From positions 38,600,639-38,664,638 of the forward strand of contig NC_092698.1 of the NCBI RefSeq assembly GCF_964275005.1: a stretch of 64,000 nucleotides of DNA, written 5' to 3'. Under the pieces are notes generated by a model. It worked only from the letters and a program-made list of their open reading frames with translations. It did not search any database and was not told the DNA's origin. The position numbers and the translations under genes were made by a program. Below are positions 51,580 through 64,000 of the stretch, one piece after another. This DNA is from Diadema setosum. Its lineage: Eukaryota. How positions within the stretch are numbered: the stretch's first letter is position 1; every line of letters starts with the position of its first letter.

Positions 51580-52701
51580 CTGGAAAAAAAAAATATCATG
51601 CTGTTCTTACCAACACAAAACAACGGATAAGAAAGAATACTTAAATGAGTTTGGAAAGTCTCTAACTGAATAAAAGTTGAAATTATTGAATTCACTCAGC
51701 ATGCCAATACCTCATCTTTTTCTCTCTAAAAGTGTCAGAAGAAAAAAAAAAGGATCGACATCATTTTACCCACTTCAGGATTAGGTTGCATCTGTTTTGG
51801 GTTTGAGAATGGCAGACAATTTTATTTTGTAAATTATGTATTGATGTGTCGCCAATTACAAATAATGCTCGTGTTTAACCAAGGTGGGGTGAGATTTTCC
51901 AGGCTTGACAGACCAAGTAACACATAATAATTTCATGAAATAATAATTATTACAAACTTCATGATTAAGTTCTGTGAGAAAAATGCTTCCAATTACGGGC
52001 ATTAGGGAAGCCTACTTATGTTGCTGTGTAACTATAATTATGACCGATCACAGAAGATAGGCAGGGCTAGTCAGGTAGGTGATAGAGAGAGAGAGGGGGG
52101 GGGGGGGTCCTCCCAGGTCTTTTGTCATAAATCACTAAATAAAACTCCAAAAGGGTATATTTTTGGTGTACATATTCTTTCTACTGTTCTTCAAAAATGT
52201 GAGTGAAAAATTGTGCCATCAAAAATAATTTCTCAAGTATTCTGTTGTTTCTTTAATTTCTGACGTATTTCCTTGTTTGTCGACTTTTTTCACTGTCTTT
52301 GTCGGCGACTCTGTTGAGAGCGTAAAAATAATATGTTACCTACTGAATTCAATCGATAAAAGCAAAAATAACCATTTTTCAAATGAAATTTGACCGAAAG
52401 TACATTTGCATTAAAATTGTACATGAATTCAAGTTTTTGAGCAATTTTAGGTCTGACAAGCATGTATATAATATTTATGCGTAATTTTAAAACCGCTCGC
52501 CCAGGCGACGCAAATTTGATCTCAGAACGAGCGGGAGACTGGAAAGAAAAAGAGTCGTGAAACATCGCGGCGATAGATGTTGTTGGTTTTTTTTTTTTTC
52601 GATAGTGACGTATCGCGTGAAATGTCGAAGGGGGGCTACCAGCAAACCCCCCCCCCCCCCCCGACTTAGTACGGGTTGAAGGAACTGCTAGTGATCCATA
52701 C

Positions 52702-53147
52702 TTAGTAGGTACGTGGGTCATGAAGTACTGATAGACGGGTCCGCCGCGTGATGCATGTGCTCTAGTGACATAATCAGTTGGACAAACGAACAGCAAATCT
52801 CCATAGAAATCCACCACTGAGTCGAAGTAATCCGCAGTACTGTTGTCTGCAATACTCCAGTCGGTATACTCCTGGTCTACAGAGTCGATTATGATCGCAT
52901 CCTCCAGACCGTTGTAGAGAGTCAGCTGGATTTGAATCGAAGCAAGGTAGGTAGCTCGGTCGTAAGGGGGCGGTGTTTCGCTACCCGCGTAGGTCGGAAA
53001 AGCTACGTATGGTATCAAAGTCCCCTCGTCCTTGTTGAAGCCCGCAACGATTGGTACACGGGCAAAATCTCCGTTGCTGTAGAGGTTTTTTGGTGTATCT
53101 TCGAGAAACGTACCGTCCACAGTCACTTGATACCCTGCAACATATAC
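52702..53147 (-). CDS. ChE-like-4 exon 7
   Basis: Encodes VYVAGYQVTVDGTFLEDTPKNLY...GFNKDEGTLIPY...YGDLLFVCPTDY...VYQYFMTHVPT, then a gtatgg donor. Anchored on ORF 52290..53126. Confidence 0.75.
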
Positions 53148-53598
53148 CTGAACATCGTGGTGGCGGAAGAGGGATACTATTCACAGACCAAAACTAATAA
53201 TGTGTGAATAACCTGTTTGACAAAGCATAATCTTATAGTCTATTAGGTGATACATGAAGTGTTGGCGGCTGACAGTTTGCGCATGTCACAATCGTTAACA
53301 TTAATAATTGTAATGGTTTGAAGTTCTTGATCGTAGTTACTGAAAACTGTACAGGCAACATCGTGTGTTGGTGTGTACACCACCAATCTGTCTACGAATC
53401 CTTCGCGCGCGTGCGCACGCACACACACACACACACACACACACAAGTTGAATTTTCTCAGCGGGTGTTAATTGCGTACAGAGGCTTGGAAATTGAGCAA
53501 AATTTGAAACCTAACTCCAGAAATAAGCATAAAATTTGTAAAATTTATATAAGCCACTTCCAAACAATTTACATTTTAGCTATTACCAGTGTCAATTT

Positions 53599-53644
<46 letters not shown>

Positions 53645-53938
53645 CATCTTGTGATACAGATGTTATATGAATGGATATTGCAGAAAAATCTAGGAAATTA
53701 TGATTTTTTTAGAGGGAATCAATGTTGTTGTCAATCCAGTAGAAACATTTTCCACTTCTTTTATAGTAGAGGTGATGACATTATCGCGTTATCTAGTGTG
53801 ATCTGTCATCTCATAATGTTTCATGAGAAAATGTGAGAGTTGATACTTCTACTACTCATCTATGATTTTACCCTATCCATGTCCATCCACGAAAGCCCAT
53901 TAACTGGTGGAATGATTTTCTCTTCAGATACAAGGTAC

Positions 53939-54139
53939 TATAAATGGTGCACCACGTTGCCATGGCAGCCATACCTTATCAGCGGCCTTCCTGAGTTCTT
54001 CAGCATCCTTCTCTCTGAGACATTCCACCAGAGCCTCAGAACTCGACGTGCTGCATCCCATGGCCACGCCCAGAGCTCTCGACTGCTCAAGCTCTCTCTC
54101 CGGATCGTTGAAAGCCCAGTCAGCCAGGGCTGTCCCACT
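53939..54139 (-). CDS. ChE-like-4 exon 6
   Basis: Encodes SGTALADWAFNDPERELEQSRALGVAMGCSTSSSEALVECLREKDAEELRKAADKVWLPWQRGAPFI, then a gtacct donor. The frame-shifted ORF 53938..54138 fixes both ends. Confidence 0.7.
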
Positions 54140-54344
54140 CTACATCAGTATTAACATAAACGGGAAATGAAATAGGTCACTGGAATGTATCCGGAGAAAA
54201 CATACATAGAAAACACCAGATGCACAAGTAAAAACACTGAAATACTGTCCAACTTTTCACGGAATGTTATCATGTAAGTAGTTTTGGGGAAGAACTTTTA
54301 AAATGATGGCACACGAAATTTGAAGTCATCTTTTAGTTGAAGGA

Positions 54345-54650
54345 CAAAGATATCCTGTCTCGGATAACTGATAAGTGCCAATAGTAACCTATAGTGAGTC
54401 CCATCACACGAAAACACCAGGATTGGTTCGATGACAACAACGAACGCATTTAGTCTTTGCTGGAAGAGAAACATTGTCTCCACCGAGCATTCCTCAATGA
54501 CTCGACATCAGCGCCCAAGAAAGCTGCTTTTTGCAACATCAGAGGAAACGTACAGTTGGAGCAACGGCAAATGTAGGATGCATGCTAAACGATAAAGCTG
54601 ATAAGATCCAGTCTTATGCTGATTGCAACGACATGAAAAACTTCTACAGA
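54345..54650 (+). mobile_element. LINE remnant (same family and same site as 35479-38652) in intron 5 of ChE-like-4
   Basis: Shares the 5' junction ttgaaggacaaa with the ChE-like-3 copy. Retains a ~300 bp internal segment alignable to 36160-36400, then rejoins flank that is alignable to ~38795 onward. Confidence 0.5.
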
Positions 54651-55360
54651 GCGCTCAAGAGACAAATGGGTAAGCTCGAAAGAAAATGGAAGAACATACT
54701 TAATGAAGAGCACTCTTAATATGGCTACATGTAACTACACAAGAAATGATTTATAGATATTGAGTTTGTTTTTTTTTTTGTTGAATAACATGATGTGGAG
54801 AATTTGGAGAATTTTTTTTTTCAGATCTGTATGTAACAATTGAGAAGCAAAGAACACCAACTACCTTGATTGTATCAAGTAATGTATATTTTTAATGTGA
54901 CTTGTATGTGTTTCTATCTTTTATATGCAATTGGAAAATGAAACCAAATCAAAGAGAGAGAGAGAGAGAGAGAAAGCAATGCGAACAAGGAGAACTGAAA
55001 CAACTGGCATGATAATAATTCGAGTCAAATTACTCATATCACGGAACACCCTACAAACATTGCGACAATACATTAGCGGGCTAATTAGTTTGTTCTTGTG
55101 AATGAAGCATGCATGTTATACACGTGCAAATATTTACATTGACAAGTACAACGACAAAAGATACTGTGGATCATGAGAGCATGGCTCTTACGGAGAGTAT
55201 AGTTTATTGATTATGAAATTGAGAACTCATGTCATGGTACTTGCACTTTAACACCGTGGAAGTTCTCGGACTGGTAAATTCTCAGACCTGTATAACAAAG
55301 TGTACTCTCTCTTGGTGTGGTATACTTGCAATTCTTTGTCACATTAATTTTCTCTGCTCA

Positions 55361-55651
<291 letters not shown>

Positions 55652-56326
55652 TCATGATAAATACAAAGAAAATCAAAAGATGGAGAGTGATAGACAGATG
55701 ATCATAATAAATGCATGGATAGATCCCAAAAAGATTATCTGGCAGACTTTATAAAGAGAAAGGAAATAGAAAAAGAAATATATATCAAGAAATATGTAAC
55801 TTATTATCAAAATGATGAGACTCAATACTAAAAAAAAATGGCTGAATTCAGAAATGTGTTCTGAAGTCGTTAACTCATGCTGAAACTATACTCAGTGTAT
55901 TGCGTTCATTACTCCATGTGGTTTGTTACGCTCAAAACCACTGTTCCATTTTGTACAAACGGACAATAAAGCTGACGACAACCTGAGGTCGAAAGATTCT
56001 ACCACCAGCCGGCATCGTGTGACATCTACTGTCTTCATTGTCTCCATTATATATATTATAGGTACACGTATTTCTGTTCAGTCATACAGTCTTATGGAAA
56101 TCAATAGACACGTTCCTTTGTTTTTAATTACTGACAATATCTGAGATATTAACTGTCAACACTGAATCCTGCAGTATCTTGCAACCTGCATTTGCTATGT
56201 CAATGCATGTATCTGCATTTACTATGATTAATTAAACAGATAGTAAATACATAAAATCAAGGCATTAATGCAATATTTTTCTCAATATCAGATACCTATT
56301 TTGCTCTGATACCTTGGTATTATTAC

Positions 56327-56404
56327 CTTCAATGTTAGTATAGACCCACTTGAGAGCTGCTACCTGATCCAGCATACCAACATTACCAGGAGCTTCTTCA
56401 TCAG
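56327..56404 (-). CDS. ChE-like-4 exon 4
   Basis: Encodes ADEEAPGNVGMLDQVAALKWVYTNIE. Approximate. Confidence 0.6.
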
Positions 56405-56817
56405 CTGGTAGAAAAATGAGATTGAAATGAGTTATTTCTTGAAATACAGGTGTAGAAAGTAATGTCAGGAATGACTAATCAGAACAATGTCCGTATTTCT
56501 ACGTATTACATGAGCAAATCGCTCCGTTTTATATTCATTAGGCATCTGTGGATCAATAGCGTCATTTGAACTATTTTTTGTTTAATCTTGTTTGGAGCGG
56601 GGATATCTGCCTACTTTATCTTCATATCTTTTCTTCTTGGAAGTCAATAGTTATTTTGGATCCATCGACAGGCTGTATTGACGTGCTGTATCTTAATCTT
56701 TAGCTTCTATATTCCATTATGAATGCATTCGTCACACATGATCTAAACAGTTGAGACAAAACATCTTAAAAACACACACACACAAAAAGTATTGTTTATT
56801 ATGTGATAAGAACTGAC

Positions 56818-56977
56818 CTGTGGTGAAAAAAGAGAAAACGTTCAGGCGGTAGTTGATAGTTACGATTATGACGTCACCGACAGAGACCAATGGGACGCCG
56901 CTGAGTTCCGCTGTCATCGCGGTTCCAATGGAGAAACCACCACCGTGAATAAAGACCATGACCGCAGCACCGTTAAT
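56818..56977 (-). CDS. ChE-like-4 exon 3
   Basis: Encodes INGAAVMVFIHGGGFSIGTAMTAELSGVPLVSVGDVIIVTINYRLNVFSFFTT. Anchored on ORF 56732..56986. Confidence 0.75.
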
Positions 56978-57660
56978 CTTTATCAATCAAAACAGCATTG
57001 ATAATTGCATTTATTGTGGAATTATTATTCATAGCCCATGGATTGACACTTATCACAGACAAAAGCATTTTGAAGAATTTGACATTCCATGCTAAGAAAG
57101 ATCATTGAATTTCCTCTCCATATTATAAAAAAGATTATTATGTGTTTGATATGCCATCAACAGAACACATTTGTCCTAATAAATATAGACAAATAAGTGG
57201 TTAAAGGATCATCATTATATATTATTTTATTCTATTCTATTAAACTATTATTATTATAATATTATCATTATTGTTGTTGTTACAATTATCATTATCATTA
57301 TTATATAATGAAAGGAAAGTCCGAAGCCATTCTATTTACTCTAAATGAAATTTTGAGTATTCAACGAAGTGTCATGTACACTATATGCTTCTAAAATAGG
57401 ATAATGGGTTAGGCATAAAATAATGCCTGTTTGTTTTCATTCTACATTGTGTGAGAAAAAATGTTTTGAATTAATCATTTATCTGTTTTTATTGTCAGAT
57501 TCAAATTGTATTGTGCTCAATTAGTTCGTTCAATTGACTTTGTATTTTATTTATGTATGTAAACGAAATTCAGAAATTTATTCAAAATCAATTAAATCAA
57601 ACACCACCGCTTTGTAGTAAAAACTCTAGCGCAAATACACTTGCCCTTGATGATTCCTAC

Positions 57661-57846
57661 CTTTGGGTTTGGAGCAAACACGTTCAAATACAGACAGTCT
57701 TCTGACATCTTCTCGGGAGGCGGGAAAAACTCAAATACACCTTGCTGACACACAGCTTCAAATTCCGTAGCGTTCCTTTCTCCTTCCCATGACGTCATGT
57801 TTGTGGGCGGGGCGAATCTCTCAGGAGGGGCTGCATAAGGCACCCC
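57661..57846 (-). CDS. ChE-like-4 exon 2
   Basis: Encodes [62 protein letters not shown]. Anchored on ORF 57592..57843. Confidence 0.8.
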
Positions 57847-58202
57847 CTATACATTGGTAAAAATAAAATAACAAATACAATCAAACAAGGCTAATTGTGA
57901 GGAAATGATAAAGTCAATGCCTCCATAGAAGTTCAGGCTTACGGTGAAAAGGGTTTTACCGTGCTTACAACCTGACTAGATATAATACATCCCAAGCAAA
58001 TTCACATCATTGCTAAACCTTTCTAGGTTTTTTTTTTTCAATGTTTTACCAATCTTGCAGTAATTTTAACGACTAGCGTTGAACATCTTTAGTAATCATG
58101 AATATTTACATGTGAAATCAACGACTCTATTTGTTTTACTTTGTTTTTGTCTGCTTTCTTGTTTGGTTGTTGTTGTTGTTGTTGTTTTTTGAAAATGGAG
58201 AT

Positions 58203-60470
58203 TCAGTTCAGTTCAATTTATTCATTTCATAAAATCACATATAAAATATTTACATAAATGTGTGAGTCAAAGGAGGAAATCACGCAAAAGCCCATCAGGG
58301 CTTGGAAATGGAGATTCCCTTTACAATATAGTTTAAAATCACAGTTTTGAATGAAACATATATATATATCAAAATAGAACTTAGATTAGAGACCGTTACA
58401 AAATCAACAATATATTATGATGGAAACAGGAAACAGGAAACAAAACAACGACTAAACCAATACAATATATTACAATACAATACAATACAAAACAAAACAA
58501 ACATGCACGGTATTTGTCAAAGGTTTGTATGAGAATTGCACAATTTTCATCATTCATTCATAATAAACAATCAGTACAGATTAAGAAAAAGCTGCTTATA
58601 TTGAGTCATAAAAAGATTCAATGTGTTAGCAGTTTTCAGTTTCATGCTTAACATGTTCCACAATTTAGCCCCTTTGTACTTTATTGAGTTGGACTGACTA
58701 ATTTTCAGACGATAAAATGGTGAAACATAGCATTGTTTATTTCTAGTATTGAAAGAATGTTTCTTGGCATGAGTAGAAAAATAGTCATTGAATATATCTG
58801 GCAAGACTGAGCGAACATATTTATACATAAAAATTCCAAGTTTGAATGAAATTCTGTCTCGAAAATTTAACGTTTGCAAGTCCTTAAATAATGGAGGGGT
58901 GTGGGCAAGATTGAGGGAATTTGTACAAAGGCGAATGGCTTTCTTTTGGAGGACCGTTAGCCGATCTAATTGTCTCTGGCTGGTCCCTGACCAGACGAGA
59001 TTACAATAGTCTAAGTACGGCAAGATAAAGGCATTGTAAAGCATCAACAGTGTATTTTTCGGGATTAACGAACGAAGCTTGAACATCATACCAAGTGCAA
59101 CACTTATCTTTCCATGGACATAATTTATATGGTTATTCCAGGACAACTTTTCGTCAATATACACCCCTAACACATTTATTGTGGCAACCTTTTCAATTTC
59201 ATTATTACCAATTTTTATAGAAAAGTTTGGATAAAAATTGTATATGTCTTCTGGAAGATTGAAAAATCATATATTTCGTTTTACTAATATTCATTTGTAG
59301 TTTATTTGCCTTGAACCAGTTGCGTCAGGATTGCACTTCTTCATTAACAATTTGGTTAAGCATTTTCTGATCAGAATGTGAATATATAATATTGATATCA
59401 TCAGCATAAATTACAAAACGAAAAACTTTCGATGAATTGATGACAACGTTGACATAAATCAAAAAGAGAAGAGGGCCAAGGATACTACCTTGGGGCACGC
59501 CATGAGATACGGGCATGAGGTCCGACTTAGCACCGTTGAACCTGGTGTATTGTTGTCGTCCACTCAAATAATCAACAAACCAAGAATGAGGCACACCACG
59601 AATACCATATAGTGTTCTAGCTTGTGCAAGAGTATGTTATGGTCCAGTGAGTCAAACGCTTTGCTCAGGTCAATGTACATAGCCAAAGGAATTTCTTTCT
59701 TTTCGAGGGATAAAATGACTTGTCCCAAGGTGTGTAACAATGCTGATTCTGTCGAAGAGGAGGGCCGAAAACCAAATTGTTCTTTTATGAGAAGGTCATT
59801 TTCGGACAAATGCTTATACAATCGTTTATATACAATGCGTTCAATTATTTTGGAGAAAGTTGGAAGAAGAGAAATTGGTCTATAATTTTCTATCAAAAAT
59901 CTATTATTCTTCTTATAAACAGGAATTACCTTTGCAAGTTTGAGGGAGTCTGGGACCTTACCTGGGCATAGCGATTGATTAAATATAAAACACGTGATCT
60001 ATGTAACAAAGAATAACCTGGCATATTGTAAAGGGAGGACACATTCGAGTTAAACCAAGTCTCAGTGAAAGCATGCATTGCGAATTTATGGCAAAGGCTA
60101 CTAAGATAGTCGGCTAAACATTCGTGCTTTGCAGACAAACTCTGAGCATTCAAATGAAATAGGGAGAACACAGCCTCGTTTTGACATTTTAGAAATTTGT
60201 GATTGAAAGTGTCATTGAAATAATAATTGCATGGACTTTCTAGATTATTGATGGAGACATTATCATCACTATTCATGCCAAACACTTCAAAAACGTGGGA
60301 GTTAAGGCCTGATTCAAATGAGATATCACTGCTAGAGTAGTGAAAAAAAGAGAATAATTCTCTGTGAAAATCATCATCTTCAAGTATGTGGTTAAATGGC
60401 AATTCGTTAGATATACACGGAGGACAGATATAACATTTTGGGTTTAAGTGCAGCGAACAGCTTGACATGT
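58203..60470 (-). mobile_element. Non-LTR retrotransposon (CR1/L2/RTE-like LINE), decayed, in intron 1 of ChE-like-4
   Basis: Minus-strand ORF pieces 59926..60555, 59564..59896, 59325..59594 and 58571..59173. They carry AP-endonuclease-like motifs (...FTETWF...) and reverse-transcriptase motifs (QFGFRPSSST, IDLSKAFDS, GVPQGSILGPLLF, VIYADDINI). At least three frame disruptions. The insertion is bounded by sequence that is contiguous in ChE-like-3 (42121-42170). Confidence 0.7.
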
Positions 60471-61322
60471 AGAATCGGGTGGGTCGTGCGGCTGTCATCG
60501 TCTGTATTAGAAGATAAGTCTTCTGAATGGGCCATTCCAACATCTCACCAAACATGCTGCAAGAATGTTTCCTAGTGTGCTAAGAAGAAATAATTTATTC
60601 TAGTGCACCAGTAAGTGAGACTGCATACTTGTGAACCAAGAGGTAAGAATGTATAGATACTGGTGTACATAGAGGTATGTAAGAATGTACAGTATGTCCC
60701 AAAAACAATTACAATCAGATTTTCGCATTGATAACACCCAATATGATTGAACTATCTAAATGCTACTTCAGGGTCTTAAAATATAACATCTTAGCTCTAT
60801 TTTGCAGAAAACTCCATCCGATTTGGTTAAGCGGTCACAGAGAAATGTGGATTGTTGTAAAAGCATGTCATGAGTCTGATTCTTCCAAGTTTAGTACTTC
60901 GATGATTTCGTGTGTGAATACACTAGACAGAACTTGGAGGGAAGAGATTCCTGACATCCTCTACAAAATTCCTCATTTCTCTTTGACCATTGAAGCAAAT
61001 CGAATAGGGTTTTCTGTAAGTTGTTGGCAATAAGTTATACTTTCATACCCTGAAATTGTATTTGGATTGATTCACTATTCTTAAAGCTATCATTGTGGAG
61101 AGTACCGTTGTAATTATTTTTGGGACATACGGTATAGATACTGGTGTACTAAGAGGTACATAAGAATGGGATACTGGTGTACTAAAATATAAGAATGTAT
61201 AGATACTGGTGAACTAAGAAATAAGAATGGTTACCAGTGTACTCAGTGGAAGTCAAGTATAAGCCTACAACTCCACTTCAAAAAGCTGGCCGTGTTTCTT
61301 TCTTCTTCTTTTTTTAACTCAC

Positions 61323-61484
61323 CAAAAAAACGTCGACATCTCGAGTCTTGTTGATGAATCTGTTTTCACTGAAAGTCACCGTCTTTCCCACCAGAGTTCC
61401 TTCTTTCACCGTAACTCTCGGATTCTCAGCATTTAGTGGCGAGAAAATGGGAAAAATTGCCAGCAAAGTCCACAATAGCCGCAT
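61323..61484 (-). CDS. ChE-like-4 exon 1
   Basis: ATG at ~61484. Encodes MRLLWTLLAIFPIFSPLNAENPRVTVKEGTLVGKTVTFSENRFINKTRDVDVFL, then a gtgagt donor. 162 nt, as in paralog 3. Confidence 0.65.
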
Positions 61485-61672
61485 CGTTTGAGAGGAACCG
61501 TGCTCGTCTTGTTTTCTTAATTAAAAGTCACTGATTTAACCAGAGTCCAAGTACTTTTACTACGTGCAATCAGTTGTCGCCGTCTAGAATAATCTTCATA
61601 TACGTTTGCCTGATATTGTCCTACGCAAGAACTGCTTGTACACCGCAAGATATTCAGACTTTGGTCACAATG

Positions 61673-61705
61673 ACCAATAAATAAGTAAATGCCAAAATGA
61701 CGTCA
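61673..61705. promoter_or_regulatory. Candidate CCAAT box plus CRE (TGACGTCA), ~215 bp upstream of the ChE-like-4 start codon
   Basis: gaCCAATaaataagtaaatgccaaaaTGACGTCAgcaag. Conserved in position relative to the ATG with the paralog-3 copy. Confidence 0.35.
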
Positions 61706-64000
61706 GCAAGTTTTAGCAGAGGTATGAACGCATGGAAACGTAGTCTAATATTTATAACTGAAACAACTTCAAACAACAAATGTCTTCAAATAGTTAAGAA
61801 TGGACGTTGAAGCTGATCAATAAGAAAAGTGTATGCTGCACTTGAATGAGAAAGATTATCAATAATGATAATAATAAAGGACATTTATATTGCGCAGCTA
61901 CTATAATAATTTCGATGCGGCATTTTATACAAGAATGCCCTGTCACCAAGAGTAGCTTTTGATTTCCCTGATGGGTATTTCAGTAGCGTTTGATCCCATG
62001 AACTTCGGAGATGATAGAATGTTTGAAATGATGTTTTTAACTCTACAAGTTCCTGTAAGTACACTGGTGCTGTACCATCAAAAGCTCTATTTACAATCAA
62101 CAGAGGTTTAAATAATGATTCTCTGCTTTACAGGCAACCAATGTAACGCACGCAGTGATTTTTTAATCATTATTAGTCATTACTAATGACGAATCTTTAT
62201 TTTCTTTCGTTTTTACTTTTTTTTTTTGCAACTGGTCTATCGTGGCAAGACTAACTTCATTCCAAGTAGATGGTTGACTTAAGCAGCGGTTTTTTTCTTT
62301 ACAAAAATTGTTTGAAAAAAACAAAACACACACCAGAAAACCGAATCTCAGGAGTATGAAAACGGTCGTCAGAATAAATAAGTTTCACAAAGGTCAAAGT
62401 CCGAAAATTGTTTAGATACTGACAACGCTCAAAAACATCTGAATAGGGAGCATATATGACTGTCATCTTCTTTGATCACGCTACTAGTGTGGAAAATTTT
62501 ACCCGCTGTGACTCTCTCTGCCTCAGAAAGCATGACAATGTTTTGATACACTACATGAAGTTAGTTGTAAACTCTTTACTTTATCATTGTATGAGTGGGC
62601 TTCATTACACCGACATTGCAAGGAAACTAGCTTGAATTGTTTAAATGGCAGCTATCAAATGAGTCTAAACTGATGAAATTATTTAAAACTAATTACGATA
62701 TGCCCTACCACGTGGAACCGCTGGTATGAAATTTGAAATACTCAGGTTTTATACACTTTGATCCTTGTAATTTTAATGAAGAGATATTCCAACAGCAGGT
62801 ATCCAAGATTGGTGCGCGTCGTTATGGAATCATAGTTTTATAAGGCAATTACGATCTTAAAGTTCCTGCCCATTGTCTCTTGTTTACATGGCTGTAGACC
62901 ATAATGTGTAATGATCTATTTCACCATTTTATTGTTCGGTTATATAAAAGCAACCTTGATATTCAAAAGGACAACAGTATCCATAAGACTATGCAACGTC
63001 GAGGACTTTGTAACTTGAATAGGAGAATTTATGCAATCATTTACATTGATGTACGGTGATTTGTCAATCAGTTGCAATTTATCGGGAGAAACCTAAAAGC
63101 TAAGAAGAGAGAAAGATTGGAGAAAGACAAAAAGCAAGAAAAAAAAATACAAACCCACTTACTTAGGTGAACATACCAAAACATACTATACAGAGAGAGA
63201 GAGAGAGAGAGAGAAAGACAGTACAGTACACATTTCGCTGGCCTTCAGTTAATTGTTTAATTTATTCAAAGAAACTCAAAACAACAACATCATACACAAA
63301 CCCATATTCCATAATGTTTCCACCTGCCCGCATATATATTACACACTCATTGATTGTCTCATTTAAAGATGCACGATATTATGATGAGCTGATCATTGGG
63401 GGAGAGAAGAATGGCAAAGAAAAGAATCCCTGTCTCGCGCAACACGAAAAGAAAACAGTTGTCATGGTTATGATTGCTATTAATGAGGAAAGTGAAGATC
63501 AACTAGCAAAGTGACCAGTGATCTGGGCTTCATATTATGAAGTATTGATCGCAACAGTCAGCATCAAAGTGAAGTTTTGCTCTGACACTCGCGAAGATTC
63601 ATAGTACTCTTGTTTCTCTTGTAAAGGTCTAAATTCCCCGCTGAGTTTTACTAAATGCAGTTGTAGTTTATAATTGTAATTCACAGCGTTATCATATCTC
63701 AATGTTTATAATACATTCATTATTCGTTCATGCATTACATTTTCATCAGAATACGATTGAGAATACGTAAAGTCAACAGACAATATTTTGCAATATTTTG
63801 CAAGCAAATTTCTGTAATGTCACTATAGATAAGCCCTCGAGAATGACGGTTAACTCATCAACATTGATTGATAATATTGTTACTAATATTGACACAGATC
63901 ATTCGAAATCTGGTCTTTTGTATAGTGATATATCTGATCATTTACCTATATTTTTTTATCTGTGACGAGATACAACATTCCCATGTCAAGCAAACAGAAA

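Overview
This window is eukaryotic (metazoan, probably invertebrate) nuclear DNA: AT-rich, full of microsatellites, minisatellites and G/C homopolymers, and carrying non-LTR retrotransposon (LINE) and MITE insertions and spliced genes. It is not a prokaryotic island.

The dominant content is a head-to-tail tandem cluster of four paralogous type-B carboxylesterase / cholinesterase-like genes, all on the minus strand. Each has the same 10-exon structure with identical intron phases. I call them ChE-like-1 (1317-9788), ChE-like-2 (12336-~22000), ChE-like-3 (31561-42632) and ChE-like-4 (50035-61484).

Family assignment rests on canonical motifs:
- an N-terminal signal peptide, then ...[10 protein letters not shown]...EDCLYLNV;
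- VWIHGG (oxyanion hole) and INYRL;
- GNVGMLDQ;
- the nucleophile elbow FGESAG;
- CLR, the FNKDEGT catalytic Glu and the GxxH catalytic His;
- FW(N) near the C-terminus;
- a separate last exon encoding a Trp-heptad peptide that resembles the cholinesterase T-peptide (tetramerisation domain).

Genes 3 and 4 are young duplicates (614 aa each; whole ~14 kb units including flanks are alignable). Gene 1 (601 aa) is more diverged but intact. Gene 2 looks pseudogenised: its 5' exon is truncated by a repeat, a splice acceptor is lost, and the elbow reads GQSAG.

Between and inside the genes are:
- two LINE insertions (one specific to gene 4, one shared by genes 3 and 4 with differential deletion);
- two copies of a ~1.2-1.4 kb non-autonomous TIR element with perfect 8-bp target-site duplications;
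- a MITE;
- a ~3.9 kb inverted (palindromic) ~160-bp satellite array between genes 3 and 4;
- a GC-rich island.

All splice sites and element boundaries were placed by eye. Exon ends anchored on ORF-track coordinates are good to about +/-3 bp; the others to about +/-10 bp. No database search was possible, so every family name is a motif-based inference.
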